Notes: generated by a model from the sequence alone, not told the origin. A DNA stretch of 64,000 nucleotides from Antedon mediterranea (GCF_964355755.1 NC_092671.1:15500001-15564000); one strand, 5' to 3'. Positions 39,968 to 53,325 are shown, counted from the stretch's first letter. Numbers and translations: made by a program.

Positions 39968-42900
39968 ATGCTTTGGTATGAAGAATCAATCAACGCTGCC
40001 ATAAAAGCGGCACAGCAAAAGAACTCCGTATTTTTAGTATATATTCGAGGTACGGTTTGCTTTTTTGAAGACAAATAGTAGTCATAGTAGGCTAGGCCTA
40101 TAGCTAGCTAGGCTAGGCCTAGGCCTAGGTAAGGTAGGTAGCCTACTTACTAGGCCTAGCGTAGGCCTAGATAGAAAATAGGGCAGTGTACTGTAGTAGA
40201 GGAATCCTAGAGCAGCTGGCTAGATTAAGACTGGTGCCTAGCTACTAGGCTAGGGAGGGTACTACATATTACTAATCTATAGATAGGGGTAGCCTACCTA
40301 CTACTCTACTGTGTCAAAAATCCAAGTAACCTAAATATTAGTTAGTGGCCGCTACAGTATGCAGCTTATTTTATTACTACTGTAAAATAATTAGACATAT
40401 TATGCCATATGTATATATTTTTGTATCTTGTTTTTAGGTAATGAAGATGACACAGGTACAAAAACAATGGATAAAAGTTGGGACGATGGAGACGTGGAAC
40501 AGATCTGTAAGGATGGTGGTGTAGTTGCCATCAGACTTAATGCAAATAGGTAGAGTGAATACTGTTGTTATATCATGGACCTATAAAGGAAATATATGGT
40601 TATAGACTCTATATTCTCTCTATTCACTTCATAAAACACAAAGGAAACCGTCTGTTGGTGTAGAAAGATGCACAGGATACTTGAAAACAAATTGAGTACT
40701 CCAGGCTTACGATTTAAAAGTTGTTGTACCACCCAAAGCTGCAAACTCATATCATTGCTTATATACTGTACAGTATGCATTATAATGTTGTTTTCTAACA
40801 ATTAATTAATTATGATTTACAATGTATTATTATACAGTGTTAATAATTACTTATATTATTTTTTTTTCAGTGTTGAATGTGCTCAATTTAGTGAACACTG
40901 TATCCTTTCATAAAATGTAATTAGGTTTGATGAAAGACATGACTTATACAGTTTTGTGTAAAATTATTGTAATGAAAGGAAACTATCTGAGAAGAGCGTT
41001 CTCTGATTTGAAATTGTTTTTAATGAGAGGTGGCCAGGCTATATGTCAGAAAAATGACCAGTGAGAAAAACATAAAATATGTTCGATGCTGATCAAAACT
41101 TCACTTTATTAAATATTATTTGTATAGTAATATGAAATAGTTGTAATAATATTTATTAATACACACATACAGATGTGGGGGAATCCATTTAAATCATGCT
41201 GTACAATTGACTGGTATATACACCCAAAGAAACCACATAGGCACTTCATGTAAATATCATTAATTGTAGCAAATATAGTGAGTGGATACTGACCTCAAAT
41301 GACCTTATTAAACTCCAACTAACTACACAAGGCAACTAGAGTTAATTAATATATTGAAAATACTTATGGTGGCCTATAGTACTACTAATTATATTATCCT
41401 TAACGTAACATAGACCCTGTTGTGTGTATTCCGTCCGTCTCATTTATAGATGGTAGTAATGGAGTGTATTTAGAGGCAATAGCAGGAGCTGTAACTCCAC
41501 AGGAATTAAAAGCAAATATTAAAAAGATAGTTGAGGTAATGATTTTTTTTTTAAATTATTATATGACAATATAGTACCATAAGTAGCACGTACCATGTAA
41601 CAATATATATTTATGGTTTCAAATTGTGGAATTGAATATTAAATTTATGTTTCTGTTCTGGCTCTGCTTTTATTTACAATTTTCTTATAGAAAAAGAATG
41701 GAACCAAGTCAAGAGATGCAACAGATTCGAACACACAGGTTAAAACATCTCCTCAGTCAGTTTCCAGTGCAGCTCCTCAGGCAGCTGCAAGTGTGTCTAC
41801 AACTCAATCAGAATCCTGTATGTTTTAATGTCTTTAGTATATTTTCTTTGCACTATTACAGGTGTATTAAGAAGAACATAGTTTTTAAAATAATTCATAT
41901 GTGATAAGAGAATACACTACAACACATAATTTCCTGGATGAAGAACCACAATAATTTGTTTTTTCCCCTATTTCTCTAATATAATATATGGCTTGTGAAC
42001 AAATTCTTTCTTTAGAACAAATCAATGTTAGTAAGTAATTCCTGTGTACAATCAGATTATTGTATGTTCATGTATATACAGTGCTTGTCTGCTCTCTACT
42101 ATGTCCAAGTACTCTGACTTGCACTGATCAAGTGTTGCCCAAAAGCTCTGATAGTTTTTCTGGCTGTTTGACTTTATTGTTTTGATTTAGCTTTTTGCTT
42201 ATTTCATTTTGTATCTTCATTGAGATCCAGCCACTGATACCCACAGCATTGTCATTTTGTATCTTCATTGAGATCCAGCCACTGATACCCACAGCATTGT
42301 CATTTTGTATCTTCATTGAGATCCAGCCACTGATACCCACAGCATTGTCATTTTGTATCTTCATTGAGATCCAGCCACTGATACCCACAGCATTGTCATT
42401 TTTTCAGTAATTTGCCTTTGGAAATATATACATATATAAGACAAATTTGCCTTTAAATGCCAGGTGCGGGCAAAACATTTCTATTGATCATACATTCCAA
42501 TAATTATCGATCTATAGTTTCCCCTATGTTTCATAATTTTTGGGATTTTATTTGTGTTACACGAGTTTGTTGAAAATAAGCACTTTCTTATCAGTGGGGG
42601 GATAGTTCAAATTACACAGTAAAATCTCTATTCGTTTGTACACACATTTTGTAAATAGAGAGGCATTTTAAAAAGCTATGAAAAATAAACGGTGTGGTAA
42701 AAAATGTTATCAGATGACTAAATATAGGTAATATAACTTGAATATTACATTTCTGATATTTTTATTCAACTTCAGATTTTTATTTTCATGCTATAGCAAA
42801 AATTATCCACCGTATATCCACCATCTTTTTTCACCGTCTAGGGAGTCACCAGACATGTTATTACATTAGGTTAACTACCTAACTACTGAAAAAAAGTCTT

Positions 42901-45410
42901 CCTGGTTTTTATAGAAGAATTTTGCCAAATTTTGTATTTGACCATATTAAGTGAAATTCATGTTTTTTCGTCTTGATTTCTGTTAACAAATATTTGATTT
43001 ATGTACAATTAACCAAATATTAAATTTAAAATTCATGCTTGTACCTGAGCTTTAAAACGACCCTAAAAATAACTAATAAACTGAACTGAATTATGATAAT
43101 GAATGATGGATGATTAAAATACTATTTTTTAGCATCTTCTGCAAAGAAAACTGAAGAGACCATTGAAGAAAAAGCAGCAAGATTAAGAAAGAAGATGTAT
43201 GCTTTGCAAGAAAAGAAGGAGAAACAGAAAAAGCAGGTATGTGAGACATTAACAGATTAATAATATCTATCAATAAATAAATGAGTTATAAAAAAAGTAA
43301 AGTAAAGGTCCCATATTCAATGCTGAACATAGGGTAATGAGCTGTTAGAGGAGCTCATTTTGCCTCAGCATTATGTGGTAGGGTGGACAGTTCCTTTTCA
43401 CGCTGCCTTATCCTCCCTAGTATTTTCAACCAGGTACTCATTTCAGCTGAGTAGACTGGTAGTTATCGGGAATTGAGCCCAGGTCTCTCTGTATGTACTA
43501 AATAATGGTAATCATAAACACATTTAGGTTGAAAAGCAAAAAGAAATGGAAAGAAGAGAAACGGGAAAACAAATGCAAGAGCAAAAAAAGAAAAACCAAG
43601 ATTCGGTAGCTCTGAGAGCTATGCAGGAACGCAAGAAAGAAAAGCAGGAAGAAGAAATGCATAGAAAACTAGTTCGTGAACAATTGGAGCGAGACAAGCT
43701 TGAGAAAAAGACAAGATTTGAAGCAGAAAAGCGTGAGAGAGAAGAAGGAAAAGGAAAATGGAATGTACAGAAACAAGAGCAGACCGCAGAGGAAGAACTG
43801 GAACGGAAGAGAAAACGAATGTATGTTGTTGTTCTCTTTGTGTCTACACTATCAAACTTTATGTGACAAAAAAATGTGATGTGCGCGCCCATATATAAAC
43901 ATGATGATGTCATATCACTACTATAGTTGGGAATATCACTACCATATTTTGGCACATCACACTTTTTTTGGCAAACTAGTTTGATAATGTAGAAAGAGCT
44001 CAAGACTTTGCCTACATTTTGCACCCCAATCTCTGCCTAATTAATAACAGGACCATTATGTAACACGGTAGCATTGTATTTATAACATGATATTGCTGCT
44101 TATTTGTAGGGAGAGTGCAAGAATTCAATTTCGACTACCAGATGGGTCAACATTTACTAATAAGTTCCAAGCAACTGCAACATTTTCAGAGCTTTATGAA
44201 TATATCAAACAGGTAAAGTCAAATGTGTGTAAAGCCTTGTCCACACTATCAAACTTTATGTGACAACAACATTTGGTGTACCCATATATGTACATGATGA
44301 TGTCATATCACTACCATATTTGAGCATATCATTACCATATTTGGGAACATCACACTTTTTTTGTCAAACTAGTTTGATAGTGTAGACAGAGCTTAACAAT
44401 AGCATTATTTTAAAAAGATGTACAATACTATTTACAATCATATTTGCTATTACAATAATGAATAATGATTTTCTTACAGAAAATAACCTCTGAAGACTTG
44501 AGGAATTCATTTATGTTGTCAACAATGTATCCCAGGCGTACATATGGAACTGGTGATATGGGATGCACTCTCACAGAACTTAATTTGGTTCCAGATGCCA
44601 GCATCATTGTTCTACCTGTAAGTCCTTTGATGTTCTGTTATAATGCCAAGAGAAACCTATGGTTTATAGTCCTTATCCAAGAATTCTTTAATTCTTTAAA
44701 CTGAGGTTATATAGATCAATGCACTGTACTGGTCTAGTTGTAAACTTGACAATATAATTTGCATCTTGCTTAAAAGCTCACCCCAAAGGATGACCCATTT
44801 ACAAGTTCCATGGGTGAGTACAGCACTACTTATATTATTTATTTTGGTAATAAATGTTAGTATACTATAGCATTTTTGTATACATATTGCATTGTAGGCA
44901 GTTGTTGATAGCCCATCTACTAATCCCCTAATGACGATCCTGTGGCCATTTCTTGCCCTTTGGAATTTCCTTATGGTCCTAATCTTTGGAAAATCAAGCT
45001 CTAAACAGCCTAGCAGCAGTGCAGGAGATGCCCACAGCAGTAGTCAAGGGGCCACCTCAGATACGCATTCTTCTGGTGAACCTGGGCCTAGTACTGGAGC
45101 TCGGCCTAAAAGGTATTCTTAAACATTTAGCACTTATTTTTGTATACAATTACGGAACGGTAATAGGCACAAGTAAAATGAAAAAACTTTATGTCTTTGA
45201 TGTTTGATACTGTAGCTTGGAACCATTTCTTTCTTTGGCGTTGATAATCGTTAACAAAATTGTAAATTTTTCAGTTCATATGGTCGTCGGCAAAATGCTG
45301 GTGCAAGTCGTGGAATGACGCAGGTAGGGAACATCCATCGTCTTGCTTCAATTTCAGATGATGAAGATGAAAACAACACATGGAATGGAAACTCAACTCA
45401 ACAGTTGTAA
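39968..45410 (+). CDS. UBXN4: UBX domain-containing protein 4 (erasin), 11 coding exons
   Basis: Exons 39968-40049, 40438-40549, 40871-40899, 41414-41535, 41691-41817, 43133-43236, 43528-43820, 44110-44212, 44480-44617, 44898-45112 and 45276-45410. N-terminus MLWYEESINAAIKAA...FLVYI, then YPVVCIPS, a coiled coil, UBX motif ARIQFRLPDGSTFTNKF...YPRR, hydrophobic hairpin ILWPFLALWNFLMVLIF, and C-terminal DDEDENNTWNGNSTQQL*. Confidence 0.96.
40900..41413 (+). other. U12-type (minor spliceosome) GT-AG intron, UBXN4 intron 3
   Basis: Donor GTATCCTTT at 40900. Branch point TCCTTAAC at 41397-41404, just upstream of the AG at 41412-41413. No polypyrimidine tract. Splicing restores the conserved ...QFSEH-Y-PVVC. 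Confidence 0.92.
42203..42402. repeat. 48-bp minisatellite, about 4 identical copies
   Basis: Unit TCATTTTGTATCTTCATTGAGATCCAGCCACTGATACCCACAGCATTG. Confidence 0.95.
43290..43500 (-). mobile_element. Degenerate tRNA-derived SINE
   Basis: Minus strand shows B-box-like GGCTCAATTCCC, a central CCAGTCTACTCAGCTGAAATGAGTACCTGG typical of metazoan SINE cores, and a (TTTAC)n/T tail. Confidence 0.6.
43841..44000. mobile_element. MITE family A copy
   Basis: TGTCTACACTATCAAAC...GTTTGATAATGTAGAAAGAGCT. Confidence 0.85.
44233..44393. mobile_element. MITE family A copy
   Basis: TIRs, TAA flanks. Confidence 0.85.
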
Positions 45411-45617
45411 CTTAAATTCAGATGGTTAGGGTGAAAATAACACATGGAGTAAAACTCAACATTTGTAACTTATTTAGTTAACTTAACCAGATTATGAGGA
45501 TGAAAATAACACATGGAATGGAAACTCAACAGTTGTAACTTAAGTTTAGTCTTAGTTAACCAAAATAAAACCGGGGAACTCAACTTAACATATGTAATTG
45601 CTAAAACATTGCTCTAA

Positions 45618-45796
45618 AGACCAATTTACACAGACGAGCGTTAAACGGTAATAAAAAGATAGAATCTATGTTATTTCTTATGACTACACATAACGTGGAC
45701 GCCAGTTTTTCTGCTCAGGATAAATACACATTCTATGTGGGACAAGCTATGCGTTTCCTCAGCTTACCATTACCACTCTTCTGCATAAATTGGCCT
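45618..45796. mobile_element. MITE family B copy in the UBXN4 3' region
   Basis: AGACCAATTTA...TAAATTGGCCT, TAA flanks. Confidence 0.7.
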
Positions 45797-46734
45797 TAAG
45801 TCAGTGTCATCAAGGGGAATAGTTGAATGATGCTAAAGGTGCTCATCATTATTATTAGATGTATGACAAAAGATTGTAAAACATTAGCATGAAGACTCAT
45901 CTGTATTGGTTTGTATCAATTAAATAGTTTAAATTTTGATCAGAACACAATTCAATTGTAAACATACTTTTCAGAAAATGGACTGAAGATTATGTTAATA
46001 AAAATGTAACAATTTAGGATTTAATACTCAGATTATTATGTTGTTAAAAGGTTAACTAAAATTACTGCATATATAATGTAGCAGTTATATTGTAAAATGA
46101 AGAAATAAAAAAGCTGTATATGTACATATACATTTACTTATATGAACATCATGAAATTTTGAATTAATTTTAGTCTTCAAACTCTTTTATCACTCACTTT
46201 AAGTATCATCTATTTTCCATTTTGGTGAGGAAGTTGGCACATAAGGATAATAATTTATTTTGTCAATAGAAGTATTGTACATATTTAATAAATAGGTCAT
46301 ACTTATTATTTGACATGGTTTTTTTTCATTACATATTAAATCCAACATTTACAACACTTTTTCAATTTTGGCAAAAGGCTTCCTACTGTGGTTTTTTAAG
46401 AATGGAGGAAAAATAAATTGATTTTTTCCTCCATGGGTTAGTCTATGTTGTTTTGACAACGCTTTGTAACGCGACCACAGCCATTTTCCCCATAACTGAT
46501 GTATCATGCAATTGGATTACTATTGGAATCTAAAATAGTTTATGTTAAAATGTGAATTGATTTGAATATAATATAGTGTTTACATGAACATTAATATGTT
46601 GATCACCATATTATTACACAAATAATTATTATCAGGCAATAATTGTCACTGCAAATTTAATCAAGATTTGAATGACGTAATTGTTTTTAAAACGCCCATA
46701 TCTCCCTGTGTAAAATTATGGTTTATTCCTTGAA

Positions 46735-47053
46735 CATTTTAACCAATCACAAGCCTTGATCCCGGACTAAATCCGTTTTCATTCAGTCAGGGATTTATCG
46801 GTCATGCGCGTGGGAGTGATCGTACGATTGCATAGTAATCCTCAGCGACTGAACTGTTTTGGTATTCAGAGAAAAACATCAATATTTTGTTTACATTTTA
46901 TTTGTGTGTGATCACAATAGTTTATTTACAAGTAAACAAAGGAAAAACAGTTTGATTTTTTGATAAGTAGGAGCGTGATTTTCCTCCCGATAATTGTTAC
47001 TTCAACCGAATTATCTTGATTCACACACGGCTGGGAGAAAGAGAACGGTAAGT
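46735..47053 (+). promoter_or_regulatory. Probable promoter and non-coding first exon of the MEGF10-like gene
   Basis: CCAAT near 46743, a CpG-containing segment and a strong donor G|GTAAGT at 47048. The ATG exon is preceded by an acceptor at 53314-53315, so an upstream exon is required. Confidence 0.5.
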
Positions 47054-48149
47054 TTGTATTAGTCTGCTGCATCCCAGGCGGAGGGCAGGCATGGTGGTTA
47101 AGTATGAGGATGAAGGCAACCGGAAGCCAAGAAGCATGGCCTTGGCTCAGTTTGTTGCCCTATCCAAAATAAGCGAACTTGTTGTTCTTTTTGTTTATAA
47201 TTTTACGCTATTTAGTAATAGCAACACCTTCTAGTGTGATTTCAATATTAATTTACTTTTTTAGTTACCCTCTCTACTGTAGAGTACTAGGCCTACTCTA
47301 CTACTAGAAACAAGCTTGTGAAAATTTAAATACAGTAGTAAGTATCAAACCTAGTATAGATAGGGCCTATGCATATTTTTTTTTTTTAATAAAGTAATGG
47401 ATTAAGTACTGTAGTGTACAACTAATTTTGGTTTTTCATTTTTAAAACCAAAAATATTATCTAATATAATAATAATATAGATTAAACAGGTATTATTAAA
47501 TTTCATGAATTAATCAGTTTTGTCATTTCATAATTTGATTACTTTCATGTGTTTTCAAAATATATTTTATTTTAGTACAGTAGTACACTACAATCATACA
47601 AACAGGAAGGTATAAGATACGTGAATTGGTTGCATTTGTGAATAGAATTGTGAATAATTGCTCTGTCATAGAATTAATTCAAACAATTTTTTGTTTAAAA
47701 AGAATTGACCGAATAAAGTATTTAGGATGTTTTTGGTAGGTTAAAAATATTTGAATATGTGCGAATATTTTAGGTTAATGAATGTCCTGTTCCACCTGTT
47801 AGTACCGCACAGTTTCCTGAGGAAAGGCGACATATAGGAAGTTTAACAATGTGTGGATTACAGTTAGGATAGTTCCGATGATTTAATTTTTTTACAGTAT
47901 GCAGTGCTTTAAGGAAAATAAATGATTTATTTATTGACCTTTTCATCATAATTGACAATCAACAGCTTAATTATTATCATCATTGCAAGGTTTTACTGTA
48001 ATCATCATCATTGCCTAGGTAGATCTAATGGCCTACACATACCCTAGTAATATTAGTTCACTATTTAACAATTTTTAGGATTTACTGGATTCACCGCTGA
48101 TTAGTATCATTATATATTATATCTACAGTACGCTTCAATGGTCATCGCA

Positions 48150-48600
48150 CCTTGCATCATCATTATAATGATCCTCTTTTCCATCATAATCATTCAACAT
48201 CGATCAACATCAAACTTTCACAATACAACTACCATCATTACCAGTAATTTTATCATTAATCATTACCTTGTTCATCATCATCTGCATCATCATTTGAATC
48301 ATGGCATCATCATCATCTCTTCATCATCATCATAATCATTCATGGTATCATCATCATCTGCATCATCATAATCATTCATGGCATCATAATCTGCCTCATG
48401 GCATCATCATCATCATGGCGGCATCATCATCATGGCGGCATCATCATCATCATGGATGGCATCATCATCATCATGACATCATCATCATGACATCATCTGC
48501 ATCATTATCATGGCATCATCATCATAATCATTCATGGCATCATCATCATCTGCATCATCATCATAGCATCATCATCATCTGCATCATCATATTCAATAAT
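48150..48600. repeat. Degenerate (CAT)n/(CATGG) microsatellite
   Basis: Directly visible; accounts for the His-rich pseudo-ORF. Confidence 0.9.
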
Positions 48601-49798
48601 AATAAATTATCCTTGTCATTTTCTTCTTTGGCATCACTTTCATCATAATACATTGTCTTTGATATGCTTGATTTTACAAAGTCAGCGGCCAATTAGCTAG
48701 CACATGGCATCCATATGAACCTGATGAAACCAGCACATTTACGTAATACTTCCGAATCATGTGTTTAACTTCTGGATCGTGTACAAGAATTGCAATTTGC
48801 TTTTTCTAACATTACGGTAATACTAAAATCTGTGACGTAAATCTGTTGTGTTTAATAGGCATCATCATTTATCATTTTATTGTTTTGATCTTTACTGTAC
48901 TTTTATGGTCAGTATTTTTTGGACATTATGGTACTTGATAATAAAAAGAAATTCAAATTTGTTGTTACAGTATATCATAAATTTATTCTGGTAATTCGTA
49001 ATTTTGAAATTGTTGGCCAGTTTCCAAAAGTGTGATAACATATACCAATTAAAATGCTTATATAAGCCATTGAGATACTCAAATTACCTTAAAATAACCA
49101 CTATTTCCTATTTTACAGTGTTAAAATCAAGGTGTATGAATACTCAAGAATATTAATAAAAATATTCAGTATTCATACATTGTTTTGGCCAGCAGCCAAA
49201 ATATTTACCTTAGACTAACTGTATTTATTTGAGGGTTTCTTTTGTGCGAGTTGCGAGTTGCAAGTAGAAAAATGCGAGTTGCGAGTCTGAAAATGCGAGT
49301 TGCAGGTCGGAAAATGCTTTCAATTATCTACTGTGCATTACCTGGTTAAATAAATTACAATATATGATAGTATTTCCTTAATAATATTGCTTATTAGTTT
49401 CTAAGTACTGTGTATGGTTAAACATTACACTGCTAGTAGTTAAGAAGCCATTCCCATTAATTCCCATTAAAAATGTTTACACTGTATTGTGTACTTTTTA
49501 TTAATAATTATAAAGAGAAATTTATCTCAAAAAGAGAAAGGCTTTGTGATAACATTACACTTTGGGTGGAAGTGCACAATGGTGATTTTAAATTGGAATA
49601 ATATCCTCCAGACGAACAACACAATGGATGCTTAGATTAGATATCATAAAGTAAAAGAGTACAGTTTAACAATGGCATGAAAAAATAATTTACGAATCCA
49701 GGTAACAATTTTTAAATTGTGTGTGTAGTACAGTTAGTATAATATTGATAAAAACAAACTTGCTAACAATCATGGTATTGTGGCTTTGTATTCCATAA

Positions 49799-50244
49799 CG
49801 CCGTTGCTAAAGATACGGTACCGTATCCATGCTTTTAAAAACTAAAGATACGGTAATTATAGAGGGCGCTTCCGTTTGCTAAAAGTACGGTAAAATTGCA
49901 TTCCTAAAACTCGTACCTAAATATAAAACTCGTTCCTAAATATAAAACTCGTTCCTAAATATTAAACTCCTTCCTAAATATTAAAAACCTAACCCTCTAA
50001 ATAATCTCTCTTAAATTAAAAACTAAAAAAAAAAAAATAAAAAAAAGACGTCAAGAAGAGTATCGAACCTACAACCCCTTAAGCCAAAGCCTCACCACAT
50101 GCCCACTAGGCTACACAGCTGGCTTGCAGAAAACCAATGCAATAACCTACTTGATTAACATCCACATTACATAGCGCCCTCTATAATTACCGTACCTTTA
50201 GTTTTTAAAAGTATGGATACGGTACCGTATCTTTAGACATAACG
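49799..50244. mobile_element. TIR element (~70-bp TIRs, 9-bp TSD ATTCCATAA) carrying an internal tRNA-like Pol III cassette
   Basis: CTAAAGATACGGTACCGTATCCAT...TATAGAGGGCGCT (to 49870) is inverted at 50173-50236. TSD at 49790-49798 and 50245-50253. Internal 20-bp tandem repeats at 49903-49985. Minus-strand A box 50103-50113, B box 50060-50069, T-run from 50046. Confidence 0.8.
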
Positions 50245-50451
50245 ATTCCATAAATACATTACAAGTATAGAATGTTCACCATACTAGACTGTTGCCTTCA
50301 TCAGTGATGAGGAGTTTATTGTGTTAATGAGTCATGTTGTAAATTCCAAGAACCTCCACTGGGAGGTTATTATTTATGATAATATGGGAATTCAATGAAT
50401 CTTGAAAAATCTACCACTGTAGGCCTAAAATATCATTTGGTTTGTAATAAT

Positions 50452-52751
50452 CAGTCGGGCAGCAAAGTGGTTGACCTCGCGAATTATTACCAAATCAAAA
50501 TTTGAATTGCCGCCATCTTGGAATCGCGATAAAGCAAGTAGTGCGGAATTACAAAATGCAGCAAAAAAAATTTTCAATAACGTTTAAATAGCATATTCAT
50601 ACAATTTAATTTATATTAATACAATTCAACTAAGGATTTTACGAAAGATGGGCTACTTAAGAAATACTGCCGAGATCGGTTCCCCCACACGGCGTAGGAT
50701 ACCGCAGTGCTAAGGGGCCTAGGTAGGAAAAAATCTGATTTTACCTGTTAAACATGCTTGAACCAAGGCCATTTTAATATATATTATCCAGATTATATAT
50801 CAAAACAAACTGATAAAAGGATTTGTTGATTTGCTTCTGATGAGAAAAGTGCCGGATTCATTTCGCTGACGGCGAATGAATACACGAATTTTCGCCATTT
50901 TCTAGCACTAGCCTTGGGTACCCAGACAGCTGATAACGATTATATTCGATTGTCCAGACGTCTCTGCTACTGGTGCTCAATACTATACTACAGTATGTAT
51001 TACTGTACCATGGACCTATAGGTCCATGGTATTACTATACATACTAGTACTGTATGTTTAGTTTTTGCTTTCTTTATGGCAAAATAAATATTTGATTTTT
51101 ATTATTGCTTATTTTCCTTTAACTTTATCCAAGAAGAAGTAAATATTATTATATATATGCATATTACAGTCAAGTTGCAACTGCCACGAATCCACTCCAC
51201 TTTGGTTACTAACTAAATAATTAATAGTAACTAACAAATTAACAAGTTAACAAATTAACCACCATTAAATAATTTTATTTACACAAAAGTATTTTACATA
51301 CAGTATAACATGTAATATCTTGTTTACATCGAAGTAAAATATGCCTATCAAACTATCTTGCTCAGGCTAAAATATCAAGTTATATATGTCAATATTTGAG
51401 TTAAATCATCGAGATAATAAAAATTTTTATTTTTTTTTAATTTTTAAAGACATCTGTTACGTACATCAATTTACAAATATCAAAATAGGATTGTTTTTGC
51501 AGCACAAGATGAATCACAAGTCGGATAGTAATTTATTCTTAGAAACCTGAAAGAAAAAAAAACACCAATAATGAGCTATTCATAGTTAAATAATTTTAAT
51601 GTCAACTTTAGTCATCCTAAATTTTGTCGCCATGATCACTACTATACTGTATATATAATTATAAATATCATACTATGTACGACCATCCAAATTACCTAAT
51701 CATACCTACAGTCCTTCCTAGCCTAGGCTACATTATTGTCATTATATATTTACAAACCTCCAACAGCCACAACGTATTTTCTTTTCTTTGGCAAAGAATT
51801 TCCCGTAATATAGTCCTAAATTAATTAAATAAATTAAAAGGTCTAGGCCTTTCTTTAAATATCCGACGATATATATCCATAATCCAGTGGATATAGATTC
51901 AACATTTTAAACATAATATGGCTTCACATTGATTATAATAAGTCGGCGATATGCCACTAAAAACTAGCCTGCGGCCCTCTCTATCCCCTACAAATAGCAC
52001 TGGGTTTCCGTCAAATGGGCTAGGCCTAGCCCTAGATAATACAAGTTGGGTACATTTTTTTACAACCAAATAATCTACAATTATATTGCAATATTTACCA
52101 AACTAGCACCAAATCCAAAATAATAAAGCTACTAATAACATACTTTGGTATATTAACTGGTTTAAAAACGGATTGCACAATCATAGTGATTTTGAAGGAT
52201 TGAAATTACTCAACCACACGGCCTGTACTAAACATACGAATCCAAGATGGAGTCTGCTTAGAATATATCCCCAGCTTTGAACGGATATTGAATCCGTCCC
52301 ACAAGCTGAACCAAGCTTAAACTTTCAGAAAAGATAGATTAATAACCTAATAACTAACCACTAAGTTTTAATAAAGGTTCCGTGCTGATGAGAAAAGTGC
52401 CGGATTCCCTACGAAACCAAACAAATAAATCATGTAGCCTACCTCAACGAACACCTCCATCTGCACTTTTTTCTTCAATAAGCTCTGTCGTCATTTCCTG
52501 GGCTATTTATACCAAAATTTTGTGGCGGGAATAATCTTCCATATTAGGAGTAACAATTTCCAAATATAGAAAGATATAATTTAACCCGGATGGTGGAAAT
52601 TGCAGCAGATTTATAAGGGTATTCCCATGCAAAATGCTTGCCGCGAAGTGAAAAGCGAACCGGAAGTCACTATAACTTGGCGATGCTCAGTGACCTGCGC
52701 AGTTAAAAAACAGCGTTTTAACGGCTAAATGAGCACTTTGCTGCTCGACTG
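50452..52751. mobile_element. 2.3-kb non-autonomous DNA element, CAG..CTG ends, 5-bp TSD ATAAT
   Basis: CAGTCGGGCAGCAAAGTG...CACTTTGCTGCTCGACTG (17/18 match) with ATAAT on both flanks. Internal repeat TGATGAGAAAAGTGCCGGATTC at ~50838 and ~52386. Confidence 0.8.
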
Positions 52752-53079
52752 ATAATGGCTCTCATTGGATATCAAATCAAACCAATGGCATACCATGAAG
52801 GAATACATCCTTATGCTGTAACACTGTGATACATGAAGTAAGGTGATCAACTGTACAGTATAGAATTTTGATTTTATTTTTGAGTTTCTAAATTAAATAT
52901 TATAATTTAGTTCAAAAATTCTAAAAGATCAAATAGAGTGAGGCTTGTGGCTTAATACCTAAAAATCAAAGATGTCACCATATGTTTAACATTTCTAAAG
53001 CAAGTTCATAGTTCAAAGTATATCATTGACATAATGAGTCATTGTTAGATTTTGACTTATCAAAAGTATCACCCATGCT

Positions 53080-53198
53080 TCTATCAATTTTATGGTGAAT
53101 GATATGCACAAATATAGTAGTGATATAACATAATTATGTCCATTGTATGGGCACATCACATTTTTTCTGACATAAAGTCTGATAGTGTAGACAGAGCT
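53080..53198. mobile_element. MITE family A copy (decayed left end)
   Basis: GATAGTGTAGACAGAGCT right end and internal repeats. Confidence 0.75.
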
Positions 53199-53325
53199 TT
53201 AGAATCTATGTGTACAAATCCATATGGATCTCATACATAATTACTGAATATGACACTTTTATTTTCTTCTAATCCCAGTAAGCAGTTTGTAAAGTGTTTC
53301 TTGTTTTCTTCATAGGTTATAAATC

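Noticed and set aside
42128-42410. Repetitive ORFs on both strands
   Set aside because: Products of a 48-bp VNTR
48138-48648. His-rich and Ile-rich ORFs
   Set aside because: Translations of a (CAT)n microsatellite in an intron; no splice or domain support
49988-49996. CCTAACCCT as a telomerase RNA template near TEP1
   Set aside because: Single short match inside a transposon-like repeat, with no pseudoknot or H/ACA context visible
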